Source: an uncultured Acidobacteriota bacterium
GTDB taxonomy: Bacteria; Acidobacteriota; UBA6911; RPQK01; JAPXNP01
NCBI GenBank assembly: GCA_963777605.1
Contig: CAVZRV010000008.1
Span: 320,001 to 384,000, forward strand
Direction of reading: 5' to 3'
DNA length: 64,000 bases
Shown here: positions 41,542 through 50,872 of the stretch, one piece after another
Layout: every line of letters starts with the position of its first letter
Numbering within the stretch: position 1 is the first letter of the stretch
Translations under genes and position numbers: made by a program
Notes under the pieces: model-generated
Told to the model about the DNA's origin: nothing
Databases searched by the model: none
Seen by the model: the letters and a program-made list of their open reading frames with translations, nothing else

Positions 41542-42586
41542 TCAAAAATGTTTGCGGAAGAGGTAGTGGCTGACTCCCCACTCGGTGCCGTCCCGGAATC
41601 CGAAGAGTTCTTCGCAGGCCATGAAGAAGAGGCGCCAGCGGACGCGCCAGAGAGTCACGTCTTCCTCACCGTAGGTCGAAGCCAGGATTCGGTCGAGATC
41701 GTCCCGATTCTCATCCATTCGATCAAGCCAGGCACGCGCGGTGAGCGAGTAATGCCGCCCGTTGACGGCCCACTGATTGGCCAGTTCCAGGTCTTTCTGG
41801 AAGCGAAGCAGGAGTGACTCCGACGGCATGATTCCCCCTGTGAAGAAGTAGCGTCCCATCCAGTTGTCGGCCCCTTCGGTCTCGAACGGGTAGGCGTAGC
41901 ATCGGTGGGAGAAGATGTGAACGAAAAGTCTCCCGTCGTTCTCCAGCCACCCCGCGATCCTCTCCATCAGGCGTTCATAATTGCGGACGTGTTCGAACAT
42001 CTCGATCGAGACCACCCGATCGAACCGGCCTTCGATCTGAAAGTCGTTGATGTCCGAGGTGACCACCTTCAGGTTTCGGAGTCCCCGTTCTGCCGCCTGT
42101 GCTTCAATATGGGTGCGCTGTGGAGCCGAGTTCGACATGGCTGACGATCTGGGAGGCGGGGTAGTGCTTCGCCATCCACAGGGAAAGTGATCCCCATCCG
42201 CAACCGAGTTCCAGGATCGTCTGCCCGTCGGCCAGTCCGGCCCGGCTGCAGGTGAGGCTCAGCATGGCATCTTCGGCATCGTCCAGCGTCTGAACACCGT
42301 ACGGCCAGAGACAGCAACTGTACTTGAGGTTCTTCCCGAGGACGATCTTGAAGAACTCGGGGGGCACTTCATAGTGCTGTTCGTTGGCTTTGTCCGGGTG
42401 GATGGCGATCGGACTGCCTCGCAGTTCCTCAACCAGCGCATCCAGCTTCGCCCGGTCTCCTTCCGGGGAGCCGGTGTTTTCCTGTTCGAGGCGCTCGAGG
42501 AGCAGCCGGCCGATCCCTTTCCGGGAAATCCAGTCGGGGATCAGGCCTTTTTCAACGAGGCGAATGGCGGCGGAAAGGCCGTTCAT
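41542..42586 (-). CDS. SAM-dependent methyltransferase, CFA-synthase-like; frameshift near 42140
   Basis: ANEQHYEVP, KYSCC, LELGCGWGS and VSIEMFEH across two frames. Confidence 0.88.
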
Positions 42587-43377
42587 GGTTTGCCCTCCTT
42601 GGGAAACCAGGGGAAGAAGGCACTGGTGGTTTGCTGGTACCTGCGGTACTCCTCGCCCCGACTGGCCAGGGCCCGAGCTTCGGTTGCGGGGATGCCGGTG
42701 ATCTTGAAAAGAAAGAAGAACATGAGGGCGGGGGCGATCAGTGTCAGGCCCCAATAGCCGGATCCCCAGCCGAGGGCCACGTAGGCCCACCAGTAGATCC
42801 ACTCGAAGAAGTAGTTGGGGTGACGGGAATAGCGCCAGAGTCCGTCCCGGCAGGTCTTGCCCCGGTTGTCCGGATTCCCGCGAAAGCGGGCCAGTTGCCG
42901 GTCGGCGAGCGATTCTCCAACCACTGCAACGACGCCGATGGCGAGTCCCAACCAATCGTGAGTGGCTGGCGCGGGTGCCCGGGAGAACGCGACGACCTGG
43001 AACGGGATCGCAAGTCCGATAACCAGGAGTGCCTGGAACTGGAAGAAGAAAAACAGGTTAAAGTCGGTCCGCTCCCCCCAGCTTTGACGCAGCGCGGCGT
43101 AACGACCGTCCTCGGTCCCACGGAGGATGCGGTCAAACAGGAGGTAGCCGGCCAGGCGGAATCCCCAGGCGCCCGCGAGCAACCCGAGGAGGATACGGCG
43201 CGTGGGATCGCCTCCCGCGGTTGCGGCGATGAAGACCGCCATCGCTCCAAGCCCCGCGGCCCAGGCGACGTCGACGACCCCGGCGTCCCGGGTCCGGCGT
43301 TGCAGCAGCCAAAGAGCCGTCATGACGAGGAAGAGGACAACCAGACCGATCGCACTCTGTTGCCATGGTGAAAGCAT
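42583..43377 (-). CDS. DUF1295 (steroid 5-alpha-reductase-like) membrane protein
   Basis: VDVAW, EDGRY, ADRQL and GLWRYSRHPNYFFE. Confidence 0.92.
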   Translation of the reverse strand: MLSPWQQSAIGLVVLFLVMTALWLLQRRTRDAGVVDVAWAAGLGAMAVFIAATAGGDPTRRILLGLLAGAWGFRLAGYLLFDRILRGTEDGRYAALRQSWGERTDFNLFFFFQFQALLVIGLAIPFQVVAFSRAPAPATHDWLGLAIGVVAVVGESLADRQLARFRGNPDNRGKTCRDGLWRYSRHPNYFFEWIYWWAYVALGWGSGYWGLTLIAPALMFFFLFKITGIPATEARALASRGEEYRRYQQTTSAFFPWFPKEGKP

Positions 43378-43934
43378 CAGCTCTTACCTCCTTCCGCAAT
43401 TTTCGTTAGTTGAGGAACGGCAATTCCCCAGGCCACGGCGAGTGCCATGATCCCGACCCACCGGGGAGTTGAAAAGTTGACCGCTCCCAGTCGTTCTCCG
43501 GCGAGATAGGCCAGGGGGCCGAATACCGCTCCCGCGACGGTTGCCACCAGCGGGCGTCCGAGGAGCCAGGACATGGAACTGCGGAGGGTCATGGAGAAAT
43601 TGACCCACATGGCGATGAGCCAGGGCGGGCTGAGCCATCCAACCAGGCTTCCCGCGTAGACGAGGAGCCCGGTTGCTGCGAACGCAGAGTCGAAGAGAAT
43701 TCCGAACACTGCAGAAATCAGGGCCAGGCGGAGTTCGCGCCTGCGAGCAGGTTCGATGAACAGGTGTGCCGAAAAGAGCCCGGCGACGACGGCCGGGCCG
43801 GCCCAGGCATATCCGTGGGCCGCCCCCAGGATGCAGGCGAACCACCCGATCTGGAATCCGAGGAAGTTGAACGCCTTCCTCCAGGTCGGGTTGACAGCGG
43901 GAGCGGCTGAGACCGGGACGGCGCCTTCGTTCAT
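43377..43934 (-). CDS. DUF2878 membrane protein
   Basis: NFLGFQIGWFACI, PPWLIAMW and GPLAYLAG. Confidence 0.85.
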   Translation of the reverse strand: MNEGAVPVSAAPAVNPTWRKAFNFLGFQIGWFACILGAAHGYAWAGPAVVAGLFSAHLFIEPARRRELRLALISAVFGILFDSAFAATGLLVYAGSLVGWLSPPWLIAMWVNFSMTLRSSMSWLLGRPLVATVAGAVFGPLAYLAGERLGAVNFSTPRWVGIMALAVAWGIAVPQLTKIAEGGKS

Positions 43935-45196
43935 TGCCTCCCTCCGAGAGGCTTGTCGAGCACGAGGTGGACGTCGCCGATGTGCCGTTCGCTGAAGCCG
44001 CCCTCGCAGTAGCAGAAGTAGAAGTCCCAGAGTCGAATGAACTCCTCCGAGCATCCCAGCGCCCGGATCCGGTCGAGCGACTCGTGAAAGCGTTCCCGCC
44101 AGCGACGCAGAGTGAGGACGTAGTGCCTGGTGATGTCTTCAATCGACACCCACTTGAGGCTGGTCGACTGATCGACGATCGATCGCATCAGGCCGACCGA
44201 CGGCAGCGCGCTTCCGGGAAAGATGTAGTGCTTGATGAAGTCAACGGAGTGCAGCGCCTGCTCGAGGAACTCGTCGGCGATGGTGATGGCCTGGAGGACC
44301 ATGCGACCTCCCGGTCTGAGCAGGGATTCGCACTTCCTGAAGTACCCTTCCAGGAAATCGTACCCGACGGCCTCGATCATTTCGATGGAAACCAGCTTGT
44401 CGAAGGTTCCTGCGAGGTCCCGGTAGTCCGCCAGCAGCACGGTGATCCGGTCGGAGAGTCCTGCCTGCTCGATTCTCTCGCGGGCGAGCTTGTACTGTTC
44501 TGCCGAGATGGTTGTCGTGGTCACACGGCAGCCGTGACGCTGAACGGCACGGATCGCGAACCCACCCCAGCCCGTGCCGATTTCGAGGACGTGATCGTCG
44601 GGGCCGAGTTCGAGCCGGTCGCAAATCCGGTCGATCTTGGCCAACGAGGCATCGCGCAGAGACATTTCCTCGGCTGTGAAGTAGGCGCTCGAGTACATCA
44701 TGGTCTCGTCGAGAAAGAGCTGAAAGAATTCGTTGCCCAGGTCGTAATGGCTTCGAATGTTCCTCCGGCTGCCGGAGCGCGTGTTGCGCCGAAACGAGTG
44801 GAGGAGCCGAAACGCCGGCGCGGCGATGCGCCCGAGCCGCCCGTCGATCGATTCGAGGAGGCGGCGGTTTCGGACAAAGATCCTTACCACGGCCGGCAGG
44901 TTGTCGCAGTCCCAGAGTCCCTCCATATAGGAACCCCCGGCGCCCACACTCCCCTGCAACGCCAGCCTGGAATAGAACCGGGGATCGTTCACCCGTACTA
45001 CGGCGTGAAGGTCAGGATGACTGTCGGACTTGCCAAAGCTCCGGGTCAGTCCGTTCTCCACCAGTGTGAGATGCCCCTCGGACATCTGTTCGAGGACCGA
45101 GAACACCTTTCGCCGAACCAGTCCGTTGAGCAGACCGGTCCTCCTGAATCCTGGCGTGGTGGGATTCAGGGTGAGATCTTGGGCGGTCTTCATCAT
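43931..45196 (-). CDS. cfa: Cyclopropane-fatty-acyl-phospholipid synthase family methyltransferase
   Basis: HYDLGNEFF, MMYSSA, LEIGTGWGG, SIEMIEAVG and YIFPG. Confidence 0.93.
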   Translation of the reverse strand: MMKTAQDLTLNPTTPGFRRTGLLNGLVRRKVFSVLEQMSEGHLTLVENGLTRSFGKSDSHPDLHAVVRVNDPRFYSRLALQGSVGAGGSYMEGLWDCDNLPAVVRIFVRNRRLLESIDGRLGRIAAPAFRLLHSFRRNTRSGSRRNIRSHYDLGNEFFQLFLDETMMYSSAYFTAEEMSLRDASLAKIDRICDRLELGPDDHVLEIGTGWGGFAIRAVQRHGCRVTTTTISAEQYKLARERIEQAGLSDRITVLLADYRDLAGTFDKLVSIEMIEAVGYDFLEGYFRKCESLLRPGGRMVLQAITIADEFLEQALHSVDFIKHYIFPGSALPSVGLMRSIVDQSTSLKWVSIEDITRHYVLTLRRWRERFHESLDRIRALGCSEEFIRLWDFYFCYCEGGFSERHIGDVHLVLDKPLGGRQ

Positions 45197-45963
45197 TGAT
45201 CAACCTCCGGGTCGAGTTTTGCGGGATGGGTGTGAAAGGGTGTCTTCTTGAGCCAGAGAATGAAGGCGTTCCAGTAGATCGCTGCCATCACCCTGGCCGT
45301 CATCAGGGGATAGTTCAGGAGGGTTCGGTTCAATGCTCCTTCCGAGACTTCGAGCCGGCGAAGAAGCAGCGTGGCGTCAAACAATTTCCGCCCCTGTTGG
45401 AAGTTCTCCATGTGAACGTTGAGCGTGCTGCCGGGAACCGTCCAGAACCAGTCATAGTCAACCTCCATGCCCATGAACGGTGAGACGTGGAAGTCCTTTC
45501 TGAAACGGAACCTCTTTTTTCCTGCAGAACCCAGGTTGGAATCTTCGCTGAGGACGTAACAGTGGCGTTCGTCCCATGGCGTGTTGTTGATCTCCACCAG
45601 GGTGGTTTCCAGTGCCTGCCCCGACGGATCGAAACAGAAGTAGAAGGTCACGGGGTTGAAGCAGTAGCCGAAGTACCGAAAATGAGTCAGCATCCGAACC
45701 GGGCCGGAAGGAGATTTCCCGGTGAGCGTGCGGACCCGGCTGCGGACGGCATCGGGAAGCGGACCATCAACCGGTCGCAGGTAGTCTTCGCGACGGTACC
45801 GGGCGGGAGCGAACCGATCCCGCGACCAGAGCCGGCTTTGGGCCAGGAACTCTTCAATTTCATCCAGGTCGAGGTACACCTGGAAAACCCGGTAATCAAA
45901 CTCGTGGGGTCTAGGCAAAAAGCGCCGATGGCGGATGGTTCCGGTGTAGAGACAGCTGTTCAT
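45193..45963 (-). CDS. DUF1365 family protein
   Basis: HRRFLP, FNPVTFY, EINNTPW and KDFHVSPF. Confidence 0.92.
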   Translation of the reverse strand: MNSCLYTGTIRHRRFLPRPHEFDYRVFQVYLDLDEIEEFLAQSRLWSRDRFAPARYRREDYLRPVDGPLPDAVRSRVRTLTGKSPSGPVRMLTHFRYFGYCFNPVTFYFCFDPSGQALETTLVEINNTPWDERHCYVLSEDSNLGSAGKKRFRFRKDFHVSPFMGMEVDYDWFWTVPGSTLNVHMENFQQGRKLFDATLLLRRLEVSEGALNRTLLNYPLMTARVMAAIYWNAFILWLKKTPFHTHPAKLDPEVDQ

Positions 45964-47210
45964 CAGCGGAGCCTCGCACCGAGGTGTGCGCAAACGTCGA
46001 GAGCGCTCGCCACGCCGTCTTCATGGAACCCATAGCCCCAGTAAGCTCCGCAGTAGAAAGTCCGGTTTCGCCCGCTGATTTCATGTTTGCGCCGCTGAGC
46101 GGCGACCGATTGGGCTGAAAACGCCGGGTGTTCATAGCTGAGCCTCTTGATGATGCGGTCGGGGGCGATCTGTTCCTGGCGATTCAGCGTGACGCAATAG
46201 TGTTCCCGGCTGGTAAGGTTCTGCAGGGAATTCATCGAGTAGGTGACGCTGGGCCGGTTGTCGGCTCGCATGGGGAGGTGGTAGTTCCAACTGGCGCGGG
46301 CAAGGGGGCGGCGCGGCAGAAGATCGACGTCGGTATGAAGAACCGTGTCGTTGGTCGTGTACGGAATGGAACTCAGGATGTCCCGCTCTTCGTCTGACGG
46401 ATCGGTGAGCATTTGAAGGGCCTGGTCGCTGTGGGTCGCGATCACTACCTGGTCGAACCGCTCCGTGTTCCCGTCCCCGGAGGTCAGTGAGACCGCATTG
46501 GGCAGGCGGCGGATCGCGGTGACCGGCGTTTGAAGCCGGATCGAGTCGTCGAATGGCCGGGTCAGGGGTGCGATGTAGGAAGAGGATCCCCCTTTGAGCA
46601 CCCTCCACTGGGGACGGTCGGACACCTGGAGAAAACCGTGGTTGTCGAAGAACTGGACCAGAAACCGTACCGGGAGAGACTCGATCCCCTGCCGTCCGGT
46701 GGACCAGATCGCGGCGGCCATGGGAAAAAGGTGCCAATCTCTGAACTCCCTCGAGTAACCGTTCTGCTCCAGGTAGTCGCCCAGGGTCAGGTCGGTTTCC
46801 GGAGTGATGATCACTTCGCGCGCCTCCCGGTAGAACCGGAAGATTTCCCTGACCATTCGGAGAAACCGGAGGCTGAACAGGTTACGGCGCTGGGCGAAAA
46901 GGGTATTGAGAGAGGTCCCGTTATACTCCAGTCCGCTCTCTTCGTCGCGAACGCTGAAACTCATCGTGGAAGGTTCGGTTTCCACTTTCAACTGTTTCAA
47001 CAGCCGGGTGAAGTTGGGGTAGTTCTCGGGGTTGAAGACGATGAAACCGGTATCGACGTTGACCGTCTCGTCTTCGGAATCGACTCGGACCGTGCGGGTG
47101 TGGCCTCCCAAGTAGTCGTTGGCCTCGTAAACCACGACGTCGTGATCGCGCGAGAGGAGGTAGGCGCAGACGAGACCCGAAATGCCGCTTCCGACGACTG
47201 CTATCCTCAC
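45963..47210 (-). CDS. FAD-dependent oxidoreductase (amine oxidase family)
   Basis: IAVVGSGISG, GGHTRT, VDTGFIVFN and GAYWGYGFHEDG. Confidence 0.93.
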   Translation of the reverse strand: MRIAVVGSGISGLVCAYLLSRDHDVVVYEANDYLGGHTRTVRVDSEDETVNVDTGFIVFNPENYPNFTRLLKQLKVETEPSTMSFSVRDEESGLEYNGTSLNTLFAQRRNLFSLRFLRMVREIFRFYREAREVIITPETDLTLGDYLEQNGYSREFRDWHLFPMAAAIWSTGRQGIESLPVRFLVQFFDNHGFLQVSDRPQWRVLKGGSSSYIAPLTRPFDDSIRLQTPVTAIRRLPNAVSLTSGDGNTERFDQVVIATHSDQALQMLTDPSDEERDILSSIPYTTNDTVLHTDVDLLPRRPLARASWNYHLPMRADNRPSVTYSMNSLQNLTSREHYCVTLNRQEQIAPDRIIKRLSYEHPAFSAQSVAAQRRKHEISGRNRTFYCGAYWGYGFHEDGVASALDVCAHLGARLR

Positions 47211-48154
47211 AGGGTTTTCGCACTCCGGACGTGTTCGGGGACTCCTCTCAGTTCCCAGATCAGTCCAAGCCAGGATAGGACCTTGAGTCCGTAGTAGGTG
47301 ATGTCGATTTCCCACCAGTAGAAACCCTGTCGGGTGGCCGCAGGGAAATGGTGGTGATTGTTGTGCCATCCCTCACCGAGCGTGACCAGCGACAGGATGA
47401 AGCTGTTCCGGCTGGTGTCGGTTGTCTCGTAACGACGGCGGCCGAACGTGTGGGCCAGCGAATTGATGGTGCAGGTTCCGTGGAACAGGAACACGGTTGA
47501 AATGAAGAACCCCCAGACCAGCATCTGGGGACCGCTGGTTCCCAGGGACGGTGCAAGCCATCCGAGCAGTGCCCCCAGGCCAAGCATGGAGGCGGCCACC
47601 GCGACCGTGACCACGATGTCGAACCGGTCCAGGAATCGGAGTTCCGGGTAGCGGGCCAGGTCCTTGACGTACTCCAGCCTGGTCGGAAAGTTCGCCTTGC
47701 TCGTGATCCACCCGACGTGACTCCAGATAAAACCGTGCTGAGACGGCGAGTGAACGTCGTTCTCCTTGTCGGAGTAGCGGTGGTGGTAGCGGTGGTGGGC
47801 GGCCCACCAGAGCGGACCCTTCTGAATGGCGGCACTTCCCCAAAGAGCGAAAAGGAACTGTCCCACCCGACTGGTCTTGAACGTCCGATGCGAGAAATAG
47901 CGATGGTAGAAGCCGGTGATGGCGAACATCCGGACGAAGTAGAATGCCGCGGCAACCCCCAGGGCAGTCCAGCTGAAGCCGACCCAGATTACTCCCAGGC
48001 ATCCCAGGTGGAGGAAGATAAAGGGGATCACCCGAATCCAGTCCACCTCAAAGGAATCAGCGGGCACGTTTTGGTTGCCGGCCCAGCTGTCAAACCAGCG
48101 GACGAACGAAGTGAGGAAGGAGGCTGAAGGTCGCGATTCTGAGAGAGTAGTCAT
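47207..48154 (-). CDS. Acyl-CoA/lipid delta-9 desaturase
   Basis: His boxes HRYFSH, HRYHH and GEGWHNNHH. Confidence 0.94.
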   Translation of the reverse strand: MTTLSESRPSASFLTSFVRWFDSWAGNQNVPADSFEVDWIRVIPFIFLHLGCLGVIWVGFSWTALGVAAAFYFVRMFAITGFYHRYFSHRTFKTSRVGQFLFALWGSAAIQKGPLWWAAHHRYHHRYSDKENDVHSPSQHGFIWSHVGWITSKANFPTRLEYVKDLARYPELRFLDRFDIVVTVAVAASMLGLGALLGWLAPSLGTSGPQMLVWGFFISTVFLFHGTCTINSLAHTFGRRRYETTDTSRNSFILSLVTLGEGWHNNHHHFPAATRQGFYWWEIDITYYGLKVLSWLGLIWELRGVPEHVRSAKTL

Positions 48155-48157
48155 AGG

Positions 48158-48622
48158 CTAATCCTGGATTGCGGCGAGGGCCTTCTCGACACTCGCCTTG
48201 GGGCTGACCTTATAGACGGCATCGACGATATTCCCGGATCCGTCAATTACGAACTGGCTTCGAATGATTCCCATGTACTTCTTTCCGTACATGGACTTCT
48301 CTCCCCAGACCCCATAAGCCTCTGCCAGTGAATGATCCTCGTCGACCAGGAGAGCAAAGGGGAGGTCGTACTTGGATTTGAACTTTACATGAGACTGCAC
48401 CCCGTCCGGGCTCACGCCGATGACCACTGCATTGCGGTCCTCCAGTTCGGAGTGGGCGTCCCGAAAGGAACAGGCCTGCGTCGTGCATCCGCTCGTATTG
48501 TCCTTGGGGTAGAAGTAGAGAATCACGGTCTTTCCGCGAAAATCGCTGAGCTTGACCTTCTGGTTCTGATCGTCAATTGCCTCAAATTCAGGAGCCGTGT
48601 CTCCCGCTTTCAACTTGGCCAT
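48158..48622 (-). CDS. bcp: Thioredoxin-dependent peroxiredoxin Bcp
   Basis: YFYPKDNTSGCTTQAC. Confidence 0.94.
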   Translation of the reverse strand: MAKLKAGDTAPEFEAIDDQNQKVKLSDFRGKTVILYFYPKDNTSGCTTQACSFRDAHSELEDRNAVVIGVSPDGVQSHVKFKSKYDLPFALLVDEDHSLAEAYGVWGEKSMYGKKYMGIIRSQFVIDGSGNIVDAVYKVSPKASVEKALAAIQD

Positions 48623-48706
48623 AACGCCCTCCTGTTCCTGTGAACTGAATGCTTGCTAACGGTGTGAAGTTGTCGAAACTTATTGATGAAGGAATCCTGG
48701 ACAAAG

Positions 48707-48735
48707 ATTCTACCTTGTCCAAGTTTCTTTTGCAG
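48707..48735 (-). promoter_or_regulatory. Putative sigma70 promoter with candidate CarH operator
   Basis: CTGCAA-N17-TAGAAT with AACTTGGACA in the spacer; the same 10-mer lies in the carH-like promoter. Confidence 0.5.
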
Positions 48736-48872
48736 CAGCGTAGTCCAGCCTGCCAGGCTGGTATGGTGACCGGGCAGCCTGCCCGGTCGTGCTCGGAAGC
48801 CCTGATCGAGACGTCTCTTCGGGCCAGGCAAGCTGCCTGGCAGACATACCCGGCAGGGTTGCCGGGATTACA

Positions 48873-49745
48873 CTATCTCATCGCCTCGATAATCTGGCGG
48901 TAGCCTTCCCGATACGACGGGAAGCGGAATTGATAGCCGGTGGCTTTCAGCCGGTGGTTCCGGCAGCGCTTGTTTCCTCGGGTTCTGGTTGCCTCGGCGA
49001 CCCGGGCGGGCTTCGGAGCGCCCGAGTTGGTCGGCCAGCCAGTCGAGCAGTTCACAGCGGGCGACCGGATCATCATCGGATGCGATGTAGAGCGGGTCGG
49101 CCCGGTCGAAGAACAGGAGGTGTTCCAGGACCGCGGCGCAGTCGTCTACGTGGATCCGGTTGGTGTAGATCGGGTGGCCCTTCGGCGCAGACTTCCTCTC
49201 CGCGCTGAACCCTGCGAAGCAACCGGATGCGGGTCGGTCCGTAGATTCCGGAAAAGCGAACCACGGTGCCCGGGAAACTCGAGCCAAGAAGCTGCTGCTC
49301 GCCTTCAAAGAGATGTCGCCGAAAGTCGGACCCGGGATTGACCGGGGTTTCTTCGTCCACCCAGGAGCCGTCTTCAACGCCATACAGGCTCGTACTCGAA
49401 GACATGAGGATGCGGCGCGGTGTTTGGCCCTGGTCTCTGAGTCGGGAGAGGAGATTCGCCATCCCGTCCAGGTAGGCCCGTCGATAACCGTCATCGCTTC
49501 GACTGTCGCTCGAGGCGAGGTAGAAAACTGCATCGAGACGATCGGGAATCGCTGCCAGGCTTTCCGGGACCGAGAGGTCCGCGCGAATGCCCTTGATGCC
49601 ATTCGGGAAGACGCTCAATCGACCGCCTGATCCCCCAGACTTCGGCTTCTCGCTCAGAAGCCGAAGGCCGAGAGCGGTGCCCACCAGGCCACAGCCCGCA
49701 ATCAATACGCGCAGGATATTCTCCTTTTGAAAGCAGTTGTTTCAT
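48873..49745 (-). CDS. NAD-dependent epimerase/SDR (YeeZ-like); multiple frameshifts
   Basis: IAGCGLVG, SSTSLYG, RFSGIYGP, NRIHVDD and FPSYREG split over three frames. Confidence 0.8.
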
Positions 49746-50738
49746 AGGATTTCACCGGGCTCGTGCTGGCCCGGCCGAGATTTCGCTAGTACCTCAAACT
49801 GCGCAGGGTCATGCTGAAATGTCGAAATGCCCTCAACCAGGTGCGCGGAGATCGTGTTCAAAGCGGACCGGTACGAAGGAGCGGCCCGGCCGCCGACGAT
49901 CACGTGCGGACCGTCCCCGACCAGGCGACGCAATCGAACCAATTCCCGCTCCAGGTGCGGGTCGTCGGCAGGGTACACGATGCTGAGAGCGATCACCCTT
50001 ACCCCTTTTTGAACCGCCGCAGCGGCGATCTCCTCAGCGGGCAGGTTGGCACCGAGATAAGTTACTTTCCACCCTTCCGCAGCCGCGGCCGCGGCTGCCA
50101 TCAAGCCGCCGAGTTCGTGGAACTGGCGCACCGGGCTGGACACCAGGATCGGGGGGGCATTATCGGCTGCCAGAGCGGTCGCCTGGATATTGGTCAACAG
50201 GGCGCCGACCACCGCCGAAGCCATGTGCTCGTGGGTCACGCGCATGGTTCCGTGTTCCCAGCGTTCGCCGATCTCAACGAGCAGCGGGAACGATCAGGTC
50301 CTCGATCACCTTCTGGGGGCTGAGCTCAACCATTGCCCGCTCCAGCAGGTATTGGAGTTCCTGGGCATCGAGATCTTCAACCGCAGCCAGAGAGGCTGCC
50401 AGGAGAGAGCCGTTCTCGGAACGTTTCCCCCGCGGACGGGCCAGCCGCGGGGCGTTTGCGATTGCTTCCTGGTCAAGCGAAACCAGTTCCTTCAATTCAC
50501 CGGTCGAGAGATCTCCGATCTGACCGATCTGCCGTCCCGAAAGGGTCGCCTGCCGAAGCAGAATCAGCCTTTCCACGTCTCCATCGGTATAGTACCGGCG
50601 ATTCGTCCCGCTGCGTGACGGGACGATGGCACCGTAGCGCCGTTCCCAGGCTCGGATCACGTCCGGCTTCAAGCCGGTTCTTCGTGAAACGACTCCAATG
50701 GAATGTCGGCTGATGGGTCCTCTGGTTTCTCGTTCCAC
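49742..50738 (-). CDS. carH: MerR-family B12-binding photoreceptor/repressor (CarH/LitR-like); frameshift near 50280
   Basis: MerR HTH IRAWERRYG...RYY; W-x9-EH (WEHGTMRVTHEH); HELG and YLGANLP cobalamin-binding motifs. Confidence 0.82.
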
Positions 50739-50744
50739 GAGCCC

Positions 50745-50774
50745 ATCATAGGATTGCTGTCCAAGTTGTGTCAA
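50745..50774 (-). promoter_or_regulatory. sigma70 promoter of the carH-like gene with candidate operator
   Basis: TTGACA-N18-TATGAT; TnnACA units 11 bp apart; GTG start 7 nt after the -10 box (probably leaderless). Confidence 0.62.
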
Positions 50775-50872
50775 TGTACAAACCGGTTTGTTGCCGGGTG
50801 TCTCCAGGTCTGTCCAGCAGGGTATGCCTCTGGGCTCAGGATAGGACATAATTCCATTCCGGAAGTTTCTAC

